Source of the DNA: Octopus bimaculoides
Lineage: Eukaryota
Direction: 5' to 3'
Assembly: GCF_001194135.2 (NCBI RefSeq)
Contig: NC_068988.1
Span: forward strand, 65,511,041 to 65,572,040
DNA: 61,000 nucleotides
A program made the position numbers and the translations under genes. The number at the start of each line of letters is the position of its first letter. The first letter of the stretch is position 1. Of this stretch, positions 39,317 to 52,133 are shown piece by piece. The notes under the pieces are model-generated. The model was given only the letters and a program-made list of their open reading frames with translations, was not told the origin of the DNA and made no database searches.

Positions 39317-40149
39317 CTATTTATAAATGCTCTAAAATCTGCACAGCCTTGGATTTTTATGTCATTACGAAAAGTAAATCTCTTTCTTTCTCNNNNNNNN
39401 NNNNNNNNNNNNNNNNNNNNNNNNNNNNNNNNNNNNNNNNNNNNNNNNNNNATATATATCTGTAGTTTCAGCCCAGAGCTGCGGCCATGTTGATATATAT
39501 ATACATATATATATGCATACACACATACATGATAATCGCTTCCTCTTGATAGATGATAGCCGTCCCATCAACACACACACCACACCCCATCATACAGCAC
39601 AATCACTCCGTTGATGAGCCCTTTGATGACTTGTATGACCAGCTGCTGACTGGCAGGGTTTAAAATACAAGTGACATATATTATTCAAGTTTCTTCTATA
39701 TTTTTGCCTGATTCTGAAGGAATGTTTTATGTGAACTAGCATATGTCTTTTAAGTCCAGATACTGTCTTACAAGTTTTGTGACATATGACTCAAGTCGTA
39801 AGAAGTGGTTGGTGTCCAAGATGGTTACCTATCTGGGCATTTCGATTTTCATGTGACTTCATATGACTCACGTATCCTGCTTTTGACAACAAAACACGAT
39901 GACATATAAAACATATCCAATGTTCACTGTTGATTACAGTTCCAATTGTTCCTTTGCGACAGGCCCTTTTAAGCTCAGAGTGCTAAATCATCTTTTTCTC
40001 CCAGATATTGCAGCCAGTCTTAACAGAACCTCTCTACTTGTTCCGATCTATAACATCATTTTTTCCCAATCACTTTTGTTCATATCTACTTTCTCCATGT
40101 TTTCCTTTACACAATATTTATACCTTTTCCTCGGCTTGTGTTGTGGTCA

Positions 40150-40655
40150 CTTACTAGAGTTGAGCTCACCATAAAAAAAGACACTTTGGCAAACGCTCGT
40201 CTTTCATTCTAATAACATGTCCAGTCTATTTCATTTGAGCCAAGATAACATGTTGTTCAATGGAGCTGCAACGTGCCATGCACAAAACTTCTGTCTGGTA
40301 TGAAACATTCCCACTTGCCTCCTAAGATACGTCTGAAGCACTTTTGATGAAATCTCTCTAGCATTTTTATATCACGCTTGTAAGTGTCCATGTCTCACTT
40401 GAAAAAAGAAGTGCAGACAATGCACACGCTTTATAGACACTTATTTTTGTCTGCAGGGAAATATCACTATTCGTCCATACTCGCTTTTTGAGCTTACCAA
40501 ATACAACCCTTCCCTTCCATATTCGATAGTATATCTCTGCATCAAGACCACCATCTCTTGACAGTGTGCTTCCAAGGTAAACAAAGGTGTCAACGACTTC
40601 TAACCTTGTTCCATTCACAAAAATATTTGGTTCAGAATATGTTTTTCCTGGCACA
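40150..40655 (-). mobile_element. RTE-clade LINE fragment (RT C-terminal region)
   Basis: NIFVNGTRLEVVDTFVYLGSTLSRDGGLDAEIYYRIWKGRVVFGKLKKRVWTNSDISLQTKISVYKACALSALLFSSETWT matches RTE/BovB (F.YLGS.LS....D.EI..RI.KA...FG.L...VW....I...TK..VY.A.VL..LLY..ETWT). Confidence 0.9.
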
Positions 40656-40686
<31 letters not shown>

Positions 40687-41132
40687 TCATGTGTATATGC
40701 ACATAAGCTAGCAATGTATCGGGCGGATTGACTGCATTTCGAAGGCCTATAGTTTATGACATTGAATTTTTTCAAAAAAAGATACTACTTTTTATCCCTT
40801 TATTCAACCCTTTAAAATCTCTCACCCCAGTGAATTGATCAGACGTCATTAGCTTCATATATCTGGAAACAGAAAGATAATTCTCTAGACTTAAGTATTT
40901 AATTATATTTTTAAATCGTTACTAACACCACAATTTTCTTCTTGTCACTAATGAACACTAACTCCCGTATTACACATTATACATCCCAATATATTTAATA
41001 GTAATATCATAAAATCTAGCTACGGTTGTTTAGATAATACAGGTCTTCAAATCTTCCTGTATTACTCTAAGCCCTAGCAATACCGTATTACACTATCCTG
41101 CACCTCCTTAATGCTATTGAAAAATAACAAAA

Positions 41133-41337
41133 TGTTGTGTCGACGCCCCCAGGCGAAGAAATAGAATCTCCCAAGACATATAAATAGAGGTAGTCTGGCC
41201 GTGGTAGGAGTGCTGAGTAGCAGTCGAGTAGCCGTTGTGTAGCGGTTGAGTAGAGACCATCCGAAGGTGCTAGATAGCAGTAGTTTGAGACAACACAAAA
41301 CTAGGAAATTTAGAATTGTGTGGTACATTTAACAACA
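41133..41337 (+). mobile_element. Probable solo LTR (205 bp)
   Basis: Begins TGTTGT and ends ACAACA (TG..CA with 6-bp inverted ends), AAAA on both flanks, internal TATAAATA near 41179. The TSD is low complexity. Confidence 0.5.
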
Positions 41338-41768
41338 AAAAATCTCATAAACAGAGAAACTTATTGGAGGTTTTTTTTTTTAAATATTGGTTCCCACTGA
41401 AAATACGTTCGGAACTGTTGTCTTTCCAACTGTTAGAATTTGATAAAGCTTATCCACGAACTAACAACTTTTGTAATTTTTCCATGTTTCAAAAGTCGTC
41501 TATATTTATGCCCGAAGACATAACCTTATATAAATACATGAAGGTAATTTATTTATTCTCAGATAAGCCAAAAATTCTTTTAAAGTATTAGATTCAGCTG
41601 TCATCTACATCACACCTACACTACTTGACACATATTCTTGTTGCAGTATCGTCACGTACAGACATAATAAGAATTTGAAGTGAATTCTATCTAATTCTAA
41701 TTCTCCTATAATTTAATTTTTGATACACGCACCTACACTCACACTAACATATATACATGTCCTTGTGG

Positions 41769-41848
<80 letters not shown>

Positions 41849-41908
41849 GTATATATAAACATAATTAAGGGATCAGCAAAAGTTGCTTCACCACATACCG
41901 AAATTTAG

Positions 41909-41973
41909 AAATAGCAGTTAAAATACTAATTCTTAATATTGTAGTAGAAGAATTAGTATTTTAACTGCTATTT
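41909..41973. repeat. Perfect 26-bp inverted repeat with 13-nt loop
   Basis: aaatagcagttaaaatactaattctt (41909-41934) / aagaattagtattttaactgctattt (41948-41973). Confidence 0.95.
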
Positions 41974-42305
41974 TTTGAGGGCATTCTGAGGTGAATCCAT
42001 GATATATAAACACGGAACTGAGTGCGTATGTGTTTTACTTTGTGTTTTCAGCACGTATTGCAGTTTTATATTTATGCATTGAATTAGCGACTTCACTCAT
42101 GAGCTACGGATGATTAAATAGTCAATTAATTATCTTATTAGTTGATTTATTTGGTCAGTAATTGCGATACTTATAAGTAAAAGGTTTACTATATTTTCTC
42201 TTCGTGTATGTTTCATACACTATTATATTTAAAGAAATTTATGTTTTCTGACTCTTATAACGCATGCTTGCCACTGGTAAATAATTATTTAACAATTTTT
42301 ACCCT

Positions 42306-42344
<39 letters not shown>

Positions 42345-43026
42345 ACATACATATTTATATGCATTTACAACTTTGTTTCCGTTGAAAACTGACTTCACTT
42401 TCACTGTATATAATTTAAGAAATATGGCCGTAGCTCTAATTATCATTCGAGGTTTCGTGATGTGAACATTTACATTTCTCCCATGATTGACGAACGAAAG
42501 ACAATAAGTGCTGTATTATTAGTTTATGCAAATGTAACAAAATAGAAATGTAATTGGTACACTTAGATACCTGTCCAATAATAATAATCATTGTTACGCC
42601 GAAATTCTTGTTTCTTAGTTAAAAACGATATGAATAAAACAGAAAACTTTTAACGCAATAAATGTAGATGTAAATATATAAGTCTCGAATATTTGGATAC
42701 AAAATATATAATCTACAGTCAGTTTTTAGAAAGTTACTTATATAATCAATTGATGACGTTGAAAGCCATAAAATGGAAGTTGAAACCCCAGCGAGTTCCT
42801 TGCAAAAGGCAAGGTGTATTCCTCTTTGAATAGCTTCATATAGAATTGTTTATAAAAAGAATACTTAGCTGACGTGAAAAGAGAGGTTTAATAGCGATTA
42901 GTGGCGGATAGGAGATAAAAAAAACAACAAAGACCTCACAGAACTTCAGTTTCTAATAACTGGGTGCAGTAATGCACTTTAAATCTAAAGTGGGACTGAT
43001 TTGATTTCGAAAAATATGTTCGTATA

Positions 43027-43980
43027 AAATTTTGGCACAAGTCCAGCAATTTCAGGGTAGGGGGCAAGTCGATTTCATCGACACCGGTGTTCAACCGGTA
43101 CTTATTTTATCGACTCCAGAAGGATGAAAAGCAAAGTCGACCGCGGCAGAATTTGAACTCTGAACGTAAAGACGGGCGGAATGCTGCTAAGCATTTTGCC
43201 TGGCGTGCTAAAGATTCTGCCAGCTCGCCGCCCTCGAACTCAGAAACATATTGGCGTGTTTACTTGATCGGTCTTCCTGTGTTCAAATAACAGATAAATT
43301 TCCCTGCCATCTTAAAAGGACAAAGTAGATAGTGTTCTCTGAGATATACTACGGTGGTCTGTCTAGAATGCCTTTTTTTTTAATCATTAATTTTCCCGTT
43401 GAAGGTCATGTACCGGTCAAGCAAAAGCAAAAAAAAAAAAAAAAATTGGGATAGCTTTTAAGTTGAAAATTTCCCTGTACAAATTTAACTTGAAATTTTG
43501 ATGTTGAAAAAGAAAGTACCAGTATGCCGAGATTGTATGACTGATATCACATTTATTTTTGTATTCGTTTGAATATTTTGACTTGAAATTTTGACACAAG
43601 ACCAGTAATTTCGGTGTAGGGGGTAAGTCGAACGATCATATCGACCCCAGTGCTCAACTAGTACTTATTTTATCGAATTCGAAAGGACGAAAGGCTAAGT
43701 TAACCTCGGTAGAATGTGAACTCAGAACTTAAATGACTGGACGAAATGACGCTGTTTTATCTGATTCATCAATGACTTTGACCAGCTCACCGTCCTCTTA
43801 ATAATGATAATTCTTTCTACTATAGGCACAAAGCCTGAAATTTAGTAGGAGAAGGCTAATCGATTCTGTCAGTCCTAGTGCTCAACTAGTACTTATTTTA
43901 TCGATGGATGAAAGGCAAAGGCGACCTCGGCGGAATTTGAACTCAGAACATAGCGATAGATGAAATGCTGCTCACCGCCT
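43027..43980 (-). mobile_element. Three SINE family 2 copies (~43027-43235, 43583-43797, 43810-43980)
   Basis: Family 2 body in each. Confidence 0.85.
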
Positions 43981-44984
43981 TTCGTGCATTTGAATATATA
44001 TTTCCTGAAGAATGTGAGTTTCGTGTACCAATATCTACCTAGCAGTTGTCTTCCAAGTGAGTTTCCAGAGGGTACTTTTGCAACATCTGTTAGGTGATGT
44101 GTTTTAGAGGAGATTTTTTCACAACATTCACTCTGGAGTTCATTTAATCATGGTAGTTGTACTGTTCGATTACGTTCCAGATGAGACGATTCCAGAATGA
44201 TATCCTTTCATCCTAGAAGTTTTAAAAAAACTTGATGGTATGTACTTTCATGTTATGATATAAAAATTTACGGACGTAATGCAAACTTGTAATTTCTTAG
44301 GACGGAAAAATGTTTTGAATTACGTATTTAAGTTGGTGTTCATATGTAATTAATTTACCATATGAGTGTCTCTGGTCTGAAGTTTCCGTATATTTTGGAT
44401 AGTTTATTATTATATCGCAGCTGATGCTCCATCAATTAATGATTCACTTTCTGTCAGATAGTATTATTCAATTGTCTGATAATTTTCTAGCAGTATGCCA
44501 ATGTTCTTTTCGAAAGATAAAATCCATTTTGGTTGTCATTTATAATTCCAATCGATCTGTCACTGCCATGTATAGGCAAATGGCAATTCCAATATAATAC
44601 ATCAGGAATTCCATGTCTAAAATCTGGGAGCTTCAGTTTGTGCTAGGTATTATTTAGCTACTTGAATCGATTACATACATCAAGTCAATAGGTTTGCTAT
44701 TGATTAACGTCATAATCTTTCTTCTATTCAGTGGCTTGTCAATGTAAATAATGAAGTTCTCCTTAAATCTTATTGTGATTTGTGTTTTGAGCTGTTAGTT
44801 CGAAAGCAGCTACATCTTCCTGTAATGGCGGTAGTGCTATTTTAGTGTTATTGTCATTATTCTGTTTTAGCCGTAGGTCATGTTTTCAGTAATTTTTTCG
44901 AGAGCAAAATCAACAGGGCTGTCGAATTTGCTATTTGCTATGCATTTACGGCGATCAATTTTGCTACGCTGAGCAGTATCATGT

Positions 44985-45227
44985 ATCTTTTATCTCTTAC
45001 TTGTTTCAGTCATTTAACTGCATCCATGCTGGGGCACAGCATGGAAGGGTTTTAGTCGAACAACTTGACCCCAGGCTTCTTTTTTTAAGGCCTGGTACTT
45101 ATTCTATCGGTCTCTTTTTGAAAACACAACACTGATTGTCTTGTCAAGTGGTGTTGGTGATGGGGAACAAACACAGACACAAATACACACACACAGATAT
45201 ATGCATATATATATATATATATATATA
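44985..45227 (-). mobile_element. SINE family 3, 3' half, runs into gap
   Basis: tcttacttgtttcagtcatttaactgcatccatgctggggcac...ctggtacttattctatcggtctc. Confidence 0.8.
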
Positions 45228-47034
45228 NNNNNNNNNNNNNNNNNNNNNNNNNNNNNNNNNNNNNNNNNNNNNNNNNNNNNNNNNNNNNNNNNNNNNNNNN
45301 NNNNNNNNNNNNNNNNNNNNNNNNNNNNNNNNNNNNNNNNNNNNNNNNNNNNNNNNNNNNNNNNNNNNNNNNNNNNNNNNNNNNNNNNNNNNNNNNNNNN
45401 NNNNNNNNNNNNNNNNNNNNNNNNNNNNNNNNNNNNNNNNNNNNNNNNNNNNNNNNNNNNNNNNNNNNNNNNNNNNNNNNNNNNNNNNNNNNNNNNNNNN
45501 NNNNNNNNNNNNNNNNNNNNNNNNNNNNNNNNNNNNNNNNNNNNNNNNNNNNNNNNNNNNNNNNNNNNNNNNNNNNNNNNNNNNNNNNNNNNNNNNNNNN
45601 NNNNNNNNNNNNNNNNNNNNNNNNNNNNNNNNNNNNNNNNNNNNNNNNNNNNNNNNNNNNNNNNNNNNNNNNNNNNNNNNNNNNNNNNNNNNNNNNNNNN
45701 NNNNNNNNNNNNNNNNNNNNNNNNNNNNNNNNNNNNNNNNNNNNNNNNNNNNNNNNNNNNNNNNNNNNNNNNNNNNNNNNNNNNNNNNNNNNNNNNNNNN
45801 NNNNNNNNNNNNNNNNNNNNNNNNNNNNNNNNNNNNNNNNNNNNNNNNNNNNNNNNNNNNNNNNNNNNNNNNNNNNNNNNNNNNNNNNNNNNNNNNNNNN
45901 NNNNNNNNNNNNNNNNNNNNNNNACATAAACATGAGAATACATTTCAAAACATTACATAACAGTTCAATAGCATATAATGGTGTGACATTGCGTGAACAT
46001 AATCAAGGGTTTGCAATCATTAAGTCCATCAAAAGTTCTTTCTGTTCTTTCTTTTCTTCGTTTTCTCCTTTCAGTTACACATCACAGTTAACAGTCTTTT
46101 TCTTTAAACATCAAACAAATACATTTCTTGGAAGAATATTTGTAACAAACCTTTGCTGTACTCAATTCCTTTCTTTCACAAAACTCACTATATCCAAGTA
46201 ACCAAGTACTTCCCTTTTTGCCTGCTTCAACAGTTCCCCCTCTCTGTCTCTCTCTCTCATTGCCTCAGTCCCTATCGGCTGACTGGTTCCTTTCTGAGTA
46301 TAGGCTATCTCTTTCTCATCTTCACTTCATCTCTGTACAACTGCTTCAGACGACTGCCCCAAATCCTCGGCTAACTGCTTCGGCCGACTGCTTCCCGCCA
46401 ATTCCTGTTCTCCTATTCATCCCAAATACCATAGCTCATAGTGTTACTTTACCCCCTCCCAAAGCTAGGTCAGTTCAGTACGATTCCTATCTTGCCTTTT
46501 TTGAACTTTCGCTGACCGGAAAGGGGCAGCTACGCTAAACATAGCTGTGGTTGCTGACAAGACAAAGGAAATGCCATTGTCCCCAACTGACCAGAGAACG
46601 GGTTCAAAACACAGCCCGGGAGATAGGGATATAACGCTAATTGTATTTTCGGTGGTCACTACCCCTTCCCTAGTTCTTTGTCGTCCCGACAAAAACAAAC
46701 AGCATTTCTAATTCCTTCCTCGATGCCTCTTCTCGGTGCGTAGTGACTTCGACACTTCTGCACTTCTCCAGTTGACGCTAATTGTATTTTCGGTGGTCGC
46801 ATCAGTATAAATAAGTAATGGGTTTAATGGATTTATTTACGAGGAGAAAATAAAAACTGCAAATAAAATTATTATTAAGGAGAGAGAAATATGACAGCTG
46901 TCTCTGTCATGGTAACTTTGCTGACTAACAGTGAATTGTTAACTGTTAATAGCAAAACACTACATTTCCAAGCAGGAAAAGAACCAGACACAGATTCTCA
47001 ATTACGTGGTGTTGCCAAGAATCGCACTCTCTTA

Positions 47035-47370
47035 TGCTGATCTCATTGGTTCGGTCACATTGTCAGAATGGACAACTAATGTTGGCAGAGGGAAAGGAGT
47101 ATTTGGTCGATGAACAGCGCAATGGTTACAGTAACAGTTTCAAGACCCCTCTAAAAAATTTCATTATTAATCTGAAATCATGGAATACGTTGCTGCTGAA
47201 ATATCTACGTAGTTTCTTCAGGAAATTCGGTATAGAGTCTGAGAAAACCAGGAGCAAACGAACTGAGCAGAAAAATAAGAAATAAAGTCCAGAGCCATGA
47301 CCGCATTCCCTAAAAAAGGATTTGTCAGCCATTTTCGGACACATCCATGAATAAGTCCTCGTTATCTCTC
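47035..47370 (+). mobile_element. Degenerate RTE-clade LINE 3' end
   Basis: HWFGHIVRMDN*, then ...LKNFIINLKSWNTL...FGIESEKTRSKRTEQKNKK..., following the RTE C-terminal pattern RW.GHV.RM...LK...I....WE.LA...G...FE..R. Confidence 0.6.
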
Positions 47371-47615
47371 ACGTAAGTCAACAAACGAAAATGTATAGAT
47401 GTATGTGTAAGTGTATGTATGTGAATAAAAACATATGTCCAAACATGCTATATACAATTTTTGAAGTTCGAATATCTAGTGAAGGAATTAGCCTCTCTAG
47501 ACGCGTTTGAATAATTAACGTTTAGTGTAGTTAGAACAACCTCAATTATTTTAGTCTATAGATGCTACAAGTGTTTTGTCTTGTGAGATTAATTAATAAT
47601 TTTACAGCGTACTTT

Positions 47616-47667
<52 letters not shown>

Positions 47668-48239
47668 NNNNNNNNNNNNNNNNNNNNNNNNNNNNNNNNN
47701 NNNNNNNNNNNNNNNNNNNNNNNNNNNNNNNNNNNNNNNNNNNNNNNNNNNNNNNNNNNNNNNNNNNNNNNNNNNNNNNNNNNNNNNNNNNNNNNNNNNN
47801 NNNNNNNNNNNNNNNNNNNNNNNNNNNNNNNNNNNNNNNNNNNNNNNNNNNNNNNNNNNNNNNNNNNNNNNNNNNNNNNNNNNNNNNNNNNNNNNNNNNN
47901 NNNNNNNNNNNNNNNNNNNNNNNNNNNNNNNNNNNNNNNNNNNNNNNNNNNNNNNNNNNNNNNNNNNNNNNNNNNNNNNNNNNNNNNNNNNNNNNNNNNN
48001 NNNNNNNNNNNNNNNNNNNNNNNNNNNNNNNNNNNNNNNNNNNNNNNNNNNNNNNNNNNNNNNNNNNNNNNNNNNNNNNNNNNNNNNNNNNNNNNNNNNN
48101 NNNNNNNNNNNNNNNNNNNNNNNNNNNNNNNNNNNNNNNNNNNNNNNNNNNNNNNNNNNNNNNNNNNNNNNNNNNNNNNNNNNNNNNNNNNNNNNNNNNN
48201 NNNNNNNNNNNNNNNNNNNNNNNNNNNNNNNNNNNNNNN

Positions 48240-48271
<32 letters not shown>

Positions 48272-48829
48272 GACATACCCACACACGTGCATAGACGCAT
48301 ATTGTGCTAATGAATAATACAGTAAATTTTAAAAGAATCCTATCTAGACATCTGAATAATCTTTAACGACGACAGTTTCTCTTTCTCTTTAATGCTATGC
48401 CGTTAGAAAGTTTTCTGAAGTAAATCTAAAATAATTTATATCAGCGTCACTTGATACAAATGTATTATGGTGAAGCAACTTCAGTGTACTGACGTGAGTA
48501 GCCTCCGTACAAACCAGTGTTCAATAATTTAAACATACGCTGTGTAGTCATTGAAATACACAGCTTATCGCTATTGATGGTTGAAACGTCTTCGGGCCAC
48601 AGACGCCGAACATGCCTTTGTAGGATTCACACGTTTACGACAATAAAATAAAGATACATCCTTTGCTTTAGGCGCACAGAAGGTGTAGTGTAGGCAGAAA
48701 CAGTTGAAATATTTGGTGCCCTGCATAGATAAATCGATTGAAAAAGCACGAAGAAAGTAATTGAATGTAATTGAGAAAATGCGATAGATATTTATCATTA
48801 CCTCTTTCTTAAAAATACACACACACATT

Positions 48830-49220
48830 CTTTTATTCTTTTATTTGTTTCAGTCATTTGACTGCGGCCAGGCTGGAGCACCGCCTTTAGTCGAACAAAT
48901 CGAACCCAGAGGACTTATTCTTTTATAAGCCTAGTACTTATTCTATCGGTCTCTTTTGCCGAACTACTACGTTACGGAGACGTAGACACACCATCATCGG
49001 TTGCCAAGCCAAGGTGGGGGAAAAACACAGACACACAAACATACCACACCATATATGTATATATATATATATATACGACGGGCTTCATTCAGTTTCCGTC
49101 AACCAAATCGACTCTGAAGTCTTTGGCCGGCCCGAGGGTATAGCAGAAGACACTTGCCCAATGTACTACGCAGTAGGACTGAGCCCAGAACCATGTGGTT
49201 GGTAAGCAAACTACTTACCA
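48830..49220 (-). mobile_element. SINE family 3, nearly full length
   Basis: Matches 32349-32808 except for the first ~18 nt of the head. Confidence 0.9.
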
Positions 49221-49244
49221 TGTATATATATATATATATGGCTT

Positions 49245-49560
49245 CTTGGTTGATGACGCTGGCTTCATTCCAAATTAGTGGTCTCAGAGGCGTCATCATG
49301 CGTAGAGTCCACCAGGCCCACCAGTGCTCTCCATCGCCTTGTGTCAGCCTCTTTGCATTTTCAAATTCTCGTCGAGCGTCTAGAGATCTTCTACAATCGC
49401 GAGGCCTAACCTGAGGCCTATCCAGCCCGCAGTTATAAGATGATCTGGCGAGAGACGGAGGACATATCCGTACCAGCGCATGCAACGGATACTTATGAGG
49501 AGGGAGGCCGGGGAATGATGCGTGCACACACGCAGTTCTTTGTTGGAAAAGTGATGTTAC
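49245..49560 (-). mobile_element. Degenerate RTE/RTEX-like LINE 3' end
   Basis: Minus-strand frame IRCMRWYGYVLRLSPDHL resembles R.RRLRW.GHVLR.P.DHP; stops follow. Confidence 0.55.
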
Positions 49561-49577
49561 CATCTGATGTTCTAGAT

Positions 49578-49763
49578 TCGTGCTCCGCAACCTTTTTTCA
49601 CATGAGATACACTTATATTCATTTCAAAATTAGGCGGCACACCTGAACTAAAAATATAACTAAAAGTATAGGGAAAAAAATTATATCCAGGTTACACTGC
49701 GGCACACCTAGCGTAGTCTCGTTTCACATCAGTGTGTCGCGGCATACCGGTTGCAGGGCACTG
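49578..49763. mobile_element. hAT (Charlie-type) MITE
   Basis: Degenerate 15-bp TIRs (tcgtgctccgcaacc versus reverse complement cagtgccctgcaacc, 11/15) and 8-bp TSD ttctagat / tactagat matching the NTCTAGAN Charlie target; internal gcggcacacc subterminal repeats. Confidence 0.75.
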
Positions 49764-50939
49764 TACTAGATGGTTCTCAAAGCCCTGCAATTGAAGCCGT
49801 CAATATCTTTGAGAGGGGCCACATTTTTTATCCATAGAGGAGAATGGAGAGGACAGATACATTGTAGATACGGCACTTCATCTTCCAGGAGATAGAGCAG
49901 TGGCGCTAGCGGGTCTTCCGTAAAGAATACAAGACCCTAGCGGCCAGACCACATATGTGGTTGATCTTCGGTGTGAGATGCTGTACAATCAACTGTGATT
50001 TTATTTAACGGTCTTTTATTATCGGTGATTCATTTACTTACTTTTATATCATTTAATATTTGACTTTCGATTCTTTGTATAAGTTATCATATTGTTTATA
50101 TGAAATGAGTTCTTAATAGTATGCAGTTGCGTACCTGTTTTATGTTTAATATCTTGAAGAAGGAACTATATATTATCTAGCGATGTTTACGTTTACTCTC
50201 AACACAGCGATCAATGTTTACTCTCTATATCTAGGCCTTGTTTAATGCAGCTGACCTCATAAATGTGCAGTTCAGCATTGCATACACAATTTGAGAGCAT
50301 GAGTAATTATCTGTGTATGGACAAAATATTGAATATGTATTGATTAAAGGCTAGTAATGGCGAAATATATTAGATTTTTATATTTAACGAGAATGTGTCT
50401 ATATGTCTATAGGTGGCAGATGCTTAAGAGTATGTTTAATTGTAATATAATTCTCAAGCTCAATCAGCCTGATCAGAACGCTAAAATGCAGAACAAGAAA
50501 TGTTTTGCACTCCATTCCCTTACTGAACCAACTCATTTTTGTTTGAATTGATTCTGATTTATCTGTTGCATATTTATTTAGAATTACAAGAAAATGTATA
50601 AATATAAAGGCTAAAGGTAATTTGAAATTACCAATTAACACAGTCTTAAAAATTTCACACATCATAGAAATCTCGAAAATTTCAACTTCAGACATATATT
50701 TTCCTTAGAACAAATAATTATGTACAAAAATGGTTACAAACAAAAATAATTACATCCAAAAAACATTACATAAAAAGTACTTTTGATAGATTATTTATGC
50801 TTACCAAAAATGCTTCTACTTATTCATTAATCAGGCAACAGCAAGTACTACTGGCTTGCGCGCAGACGGAACTTATAATAACGATTGCCCAAAGTGTTTA
50901 AAACTTTGAACTAATTGGTAAATGCAGGGAGGAATTTCA

Positions 50940-51087
50940 GCCATGTTTCGTGGTCTGCTACCACAACAGCTCCTTTATAGGATCCAGTTAGCTGAAGACA
51001 TCATCAGGAGGAACCACGTCCGGTTTCGGCCCCTACTCCTCTACCGTTTTGACGTGGCGGGGCCCCTCCTTTCGGAGGTGTCGTCAG
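50940..51087 (-). ncRNA. Two tandem degenerate hammerhead-like motifs
   Basis: Motif A (51087-51018): CUGACGA-CA-CCUCC(GAAA)GGAGG-GGCCCC...GGGGCC-GAAAC-CG-GAC. Motif B (51007-50940): CUGAUGA-UGUCU..CAGCU...AGCUG...AGACCAC-GAAAC-AU-GGC. Confidence 0.45.
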
Positions 51088-51123
51088 CTCTGGTGTTGGG
51101 TGCATGTCTTCTATCCCGCAGTT

Positions 51124-51420
51124 TTTGTTGGCACTCCGTCGCTTATGACGTCGAGGGTTCCAGTTGATCCGATCAACGGAACAGCCTGCTCGTGAAATTA
51201 ACGTGCAAGTGGCTGAGCACTCCACAGACACGTATAACCTTAATGTAGTTTTCGGCGGAGGTTCAGCGTGACACAGAGTGTGACAAGGCTGGCCCTTTGA
51301 AATACAGGTACAACAGAAACAGGAAGTAAGAGTGAGAGAAAGTTGTGGTGGAAGAGTACAGCAAGATTCGCCACCATCCCCTGCCGGACCCTCGTGGAGC
51401 TTTAGGTGTTTTCGCTCAAT
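51124..51420 (-). mobile_element. SINE family 1, head lost in gap
   Basis: ttgttggcactccgtcgcttatgacgtcgagggttccagttgatccgatcaacgg is the reverse complement of the family 1 tail. Confidence 0.9.
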
Positions 51421-52084
51421 NNNNNNNNNNNNNNNNNNNNNNNNNNNNNNNNNNNNNNNNNNNNNNNNNNNNNNNNNNNNNNNNNNNNNNNNNNNNNNNN
51501 NNNNNNNNNNNNNNNNNNNNNNNNNNNNNNNNNNNNNNNNNNNNNNNNNNNNNNNNNNNNNNNNNNNNNNNNNNNNNNNNNNNNNNNNNNNNNNNNNNNN
51601 NNNNNNNNNNNNNNNNNNNNNNNNNNNNNNNNNNNNNNNNNNNNNNNNNNNNNNNNNNNNNNNNNNNNNNNNNNNNNNNNNNNNNNNNNNNNNNNNNNNN
51701 NNNNNNNNNNNNNNNNNNNNNNNNNNNNNNNNNNNNNNNNNNNNNNNNNNNNNNNNNNNNNNNNNNNNNNNNNNNNNNNNNNNNNNNNNNNNNNNNNNNN
51801 NNNNNNNNNNNNNNNNNNNNNNNNNNNNNNNNNNNNNNNNNNNNNNNNNNNNNNNNNNNNNNNNNNNNNNNNNNNNNNNNNNNNNNNNNNNNNNNNNNNN
51901 NNNNNNNNNNNNNNNNNNNNNNNNNNNNNNNNNNNNNNNNNNNNNNNNNNNNNNNNNNNNNNNNNNNNNNNNNNNNNNNNNNNNNNNNNNNNNNNNNNNN
52001 NNNNNNNNNNNNNNNNNNNNNNNNNNNNNNNNNNNNNNNNNNNNNNNNNNNNNNNNNNNNNNNNNNNNNNNNNNNNNNNNNNNN

Positions 52085-52133
<49 letters not shown>

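Noticed and set aside
49099-49590. 163-aa minus-strand ORF as a gene
   Set aside because: It overlaps a SINE, a MITE and an RTE-like remnant read in another frame.
50922-51231. GC-rich 75-81-aa ORFs
   Set aside because: They span the SINE family 1 tail and the structured repeat; no recognisable protein.
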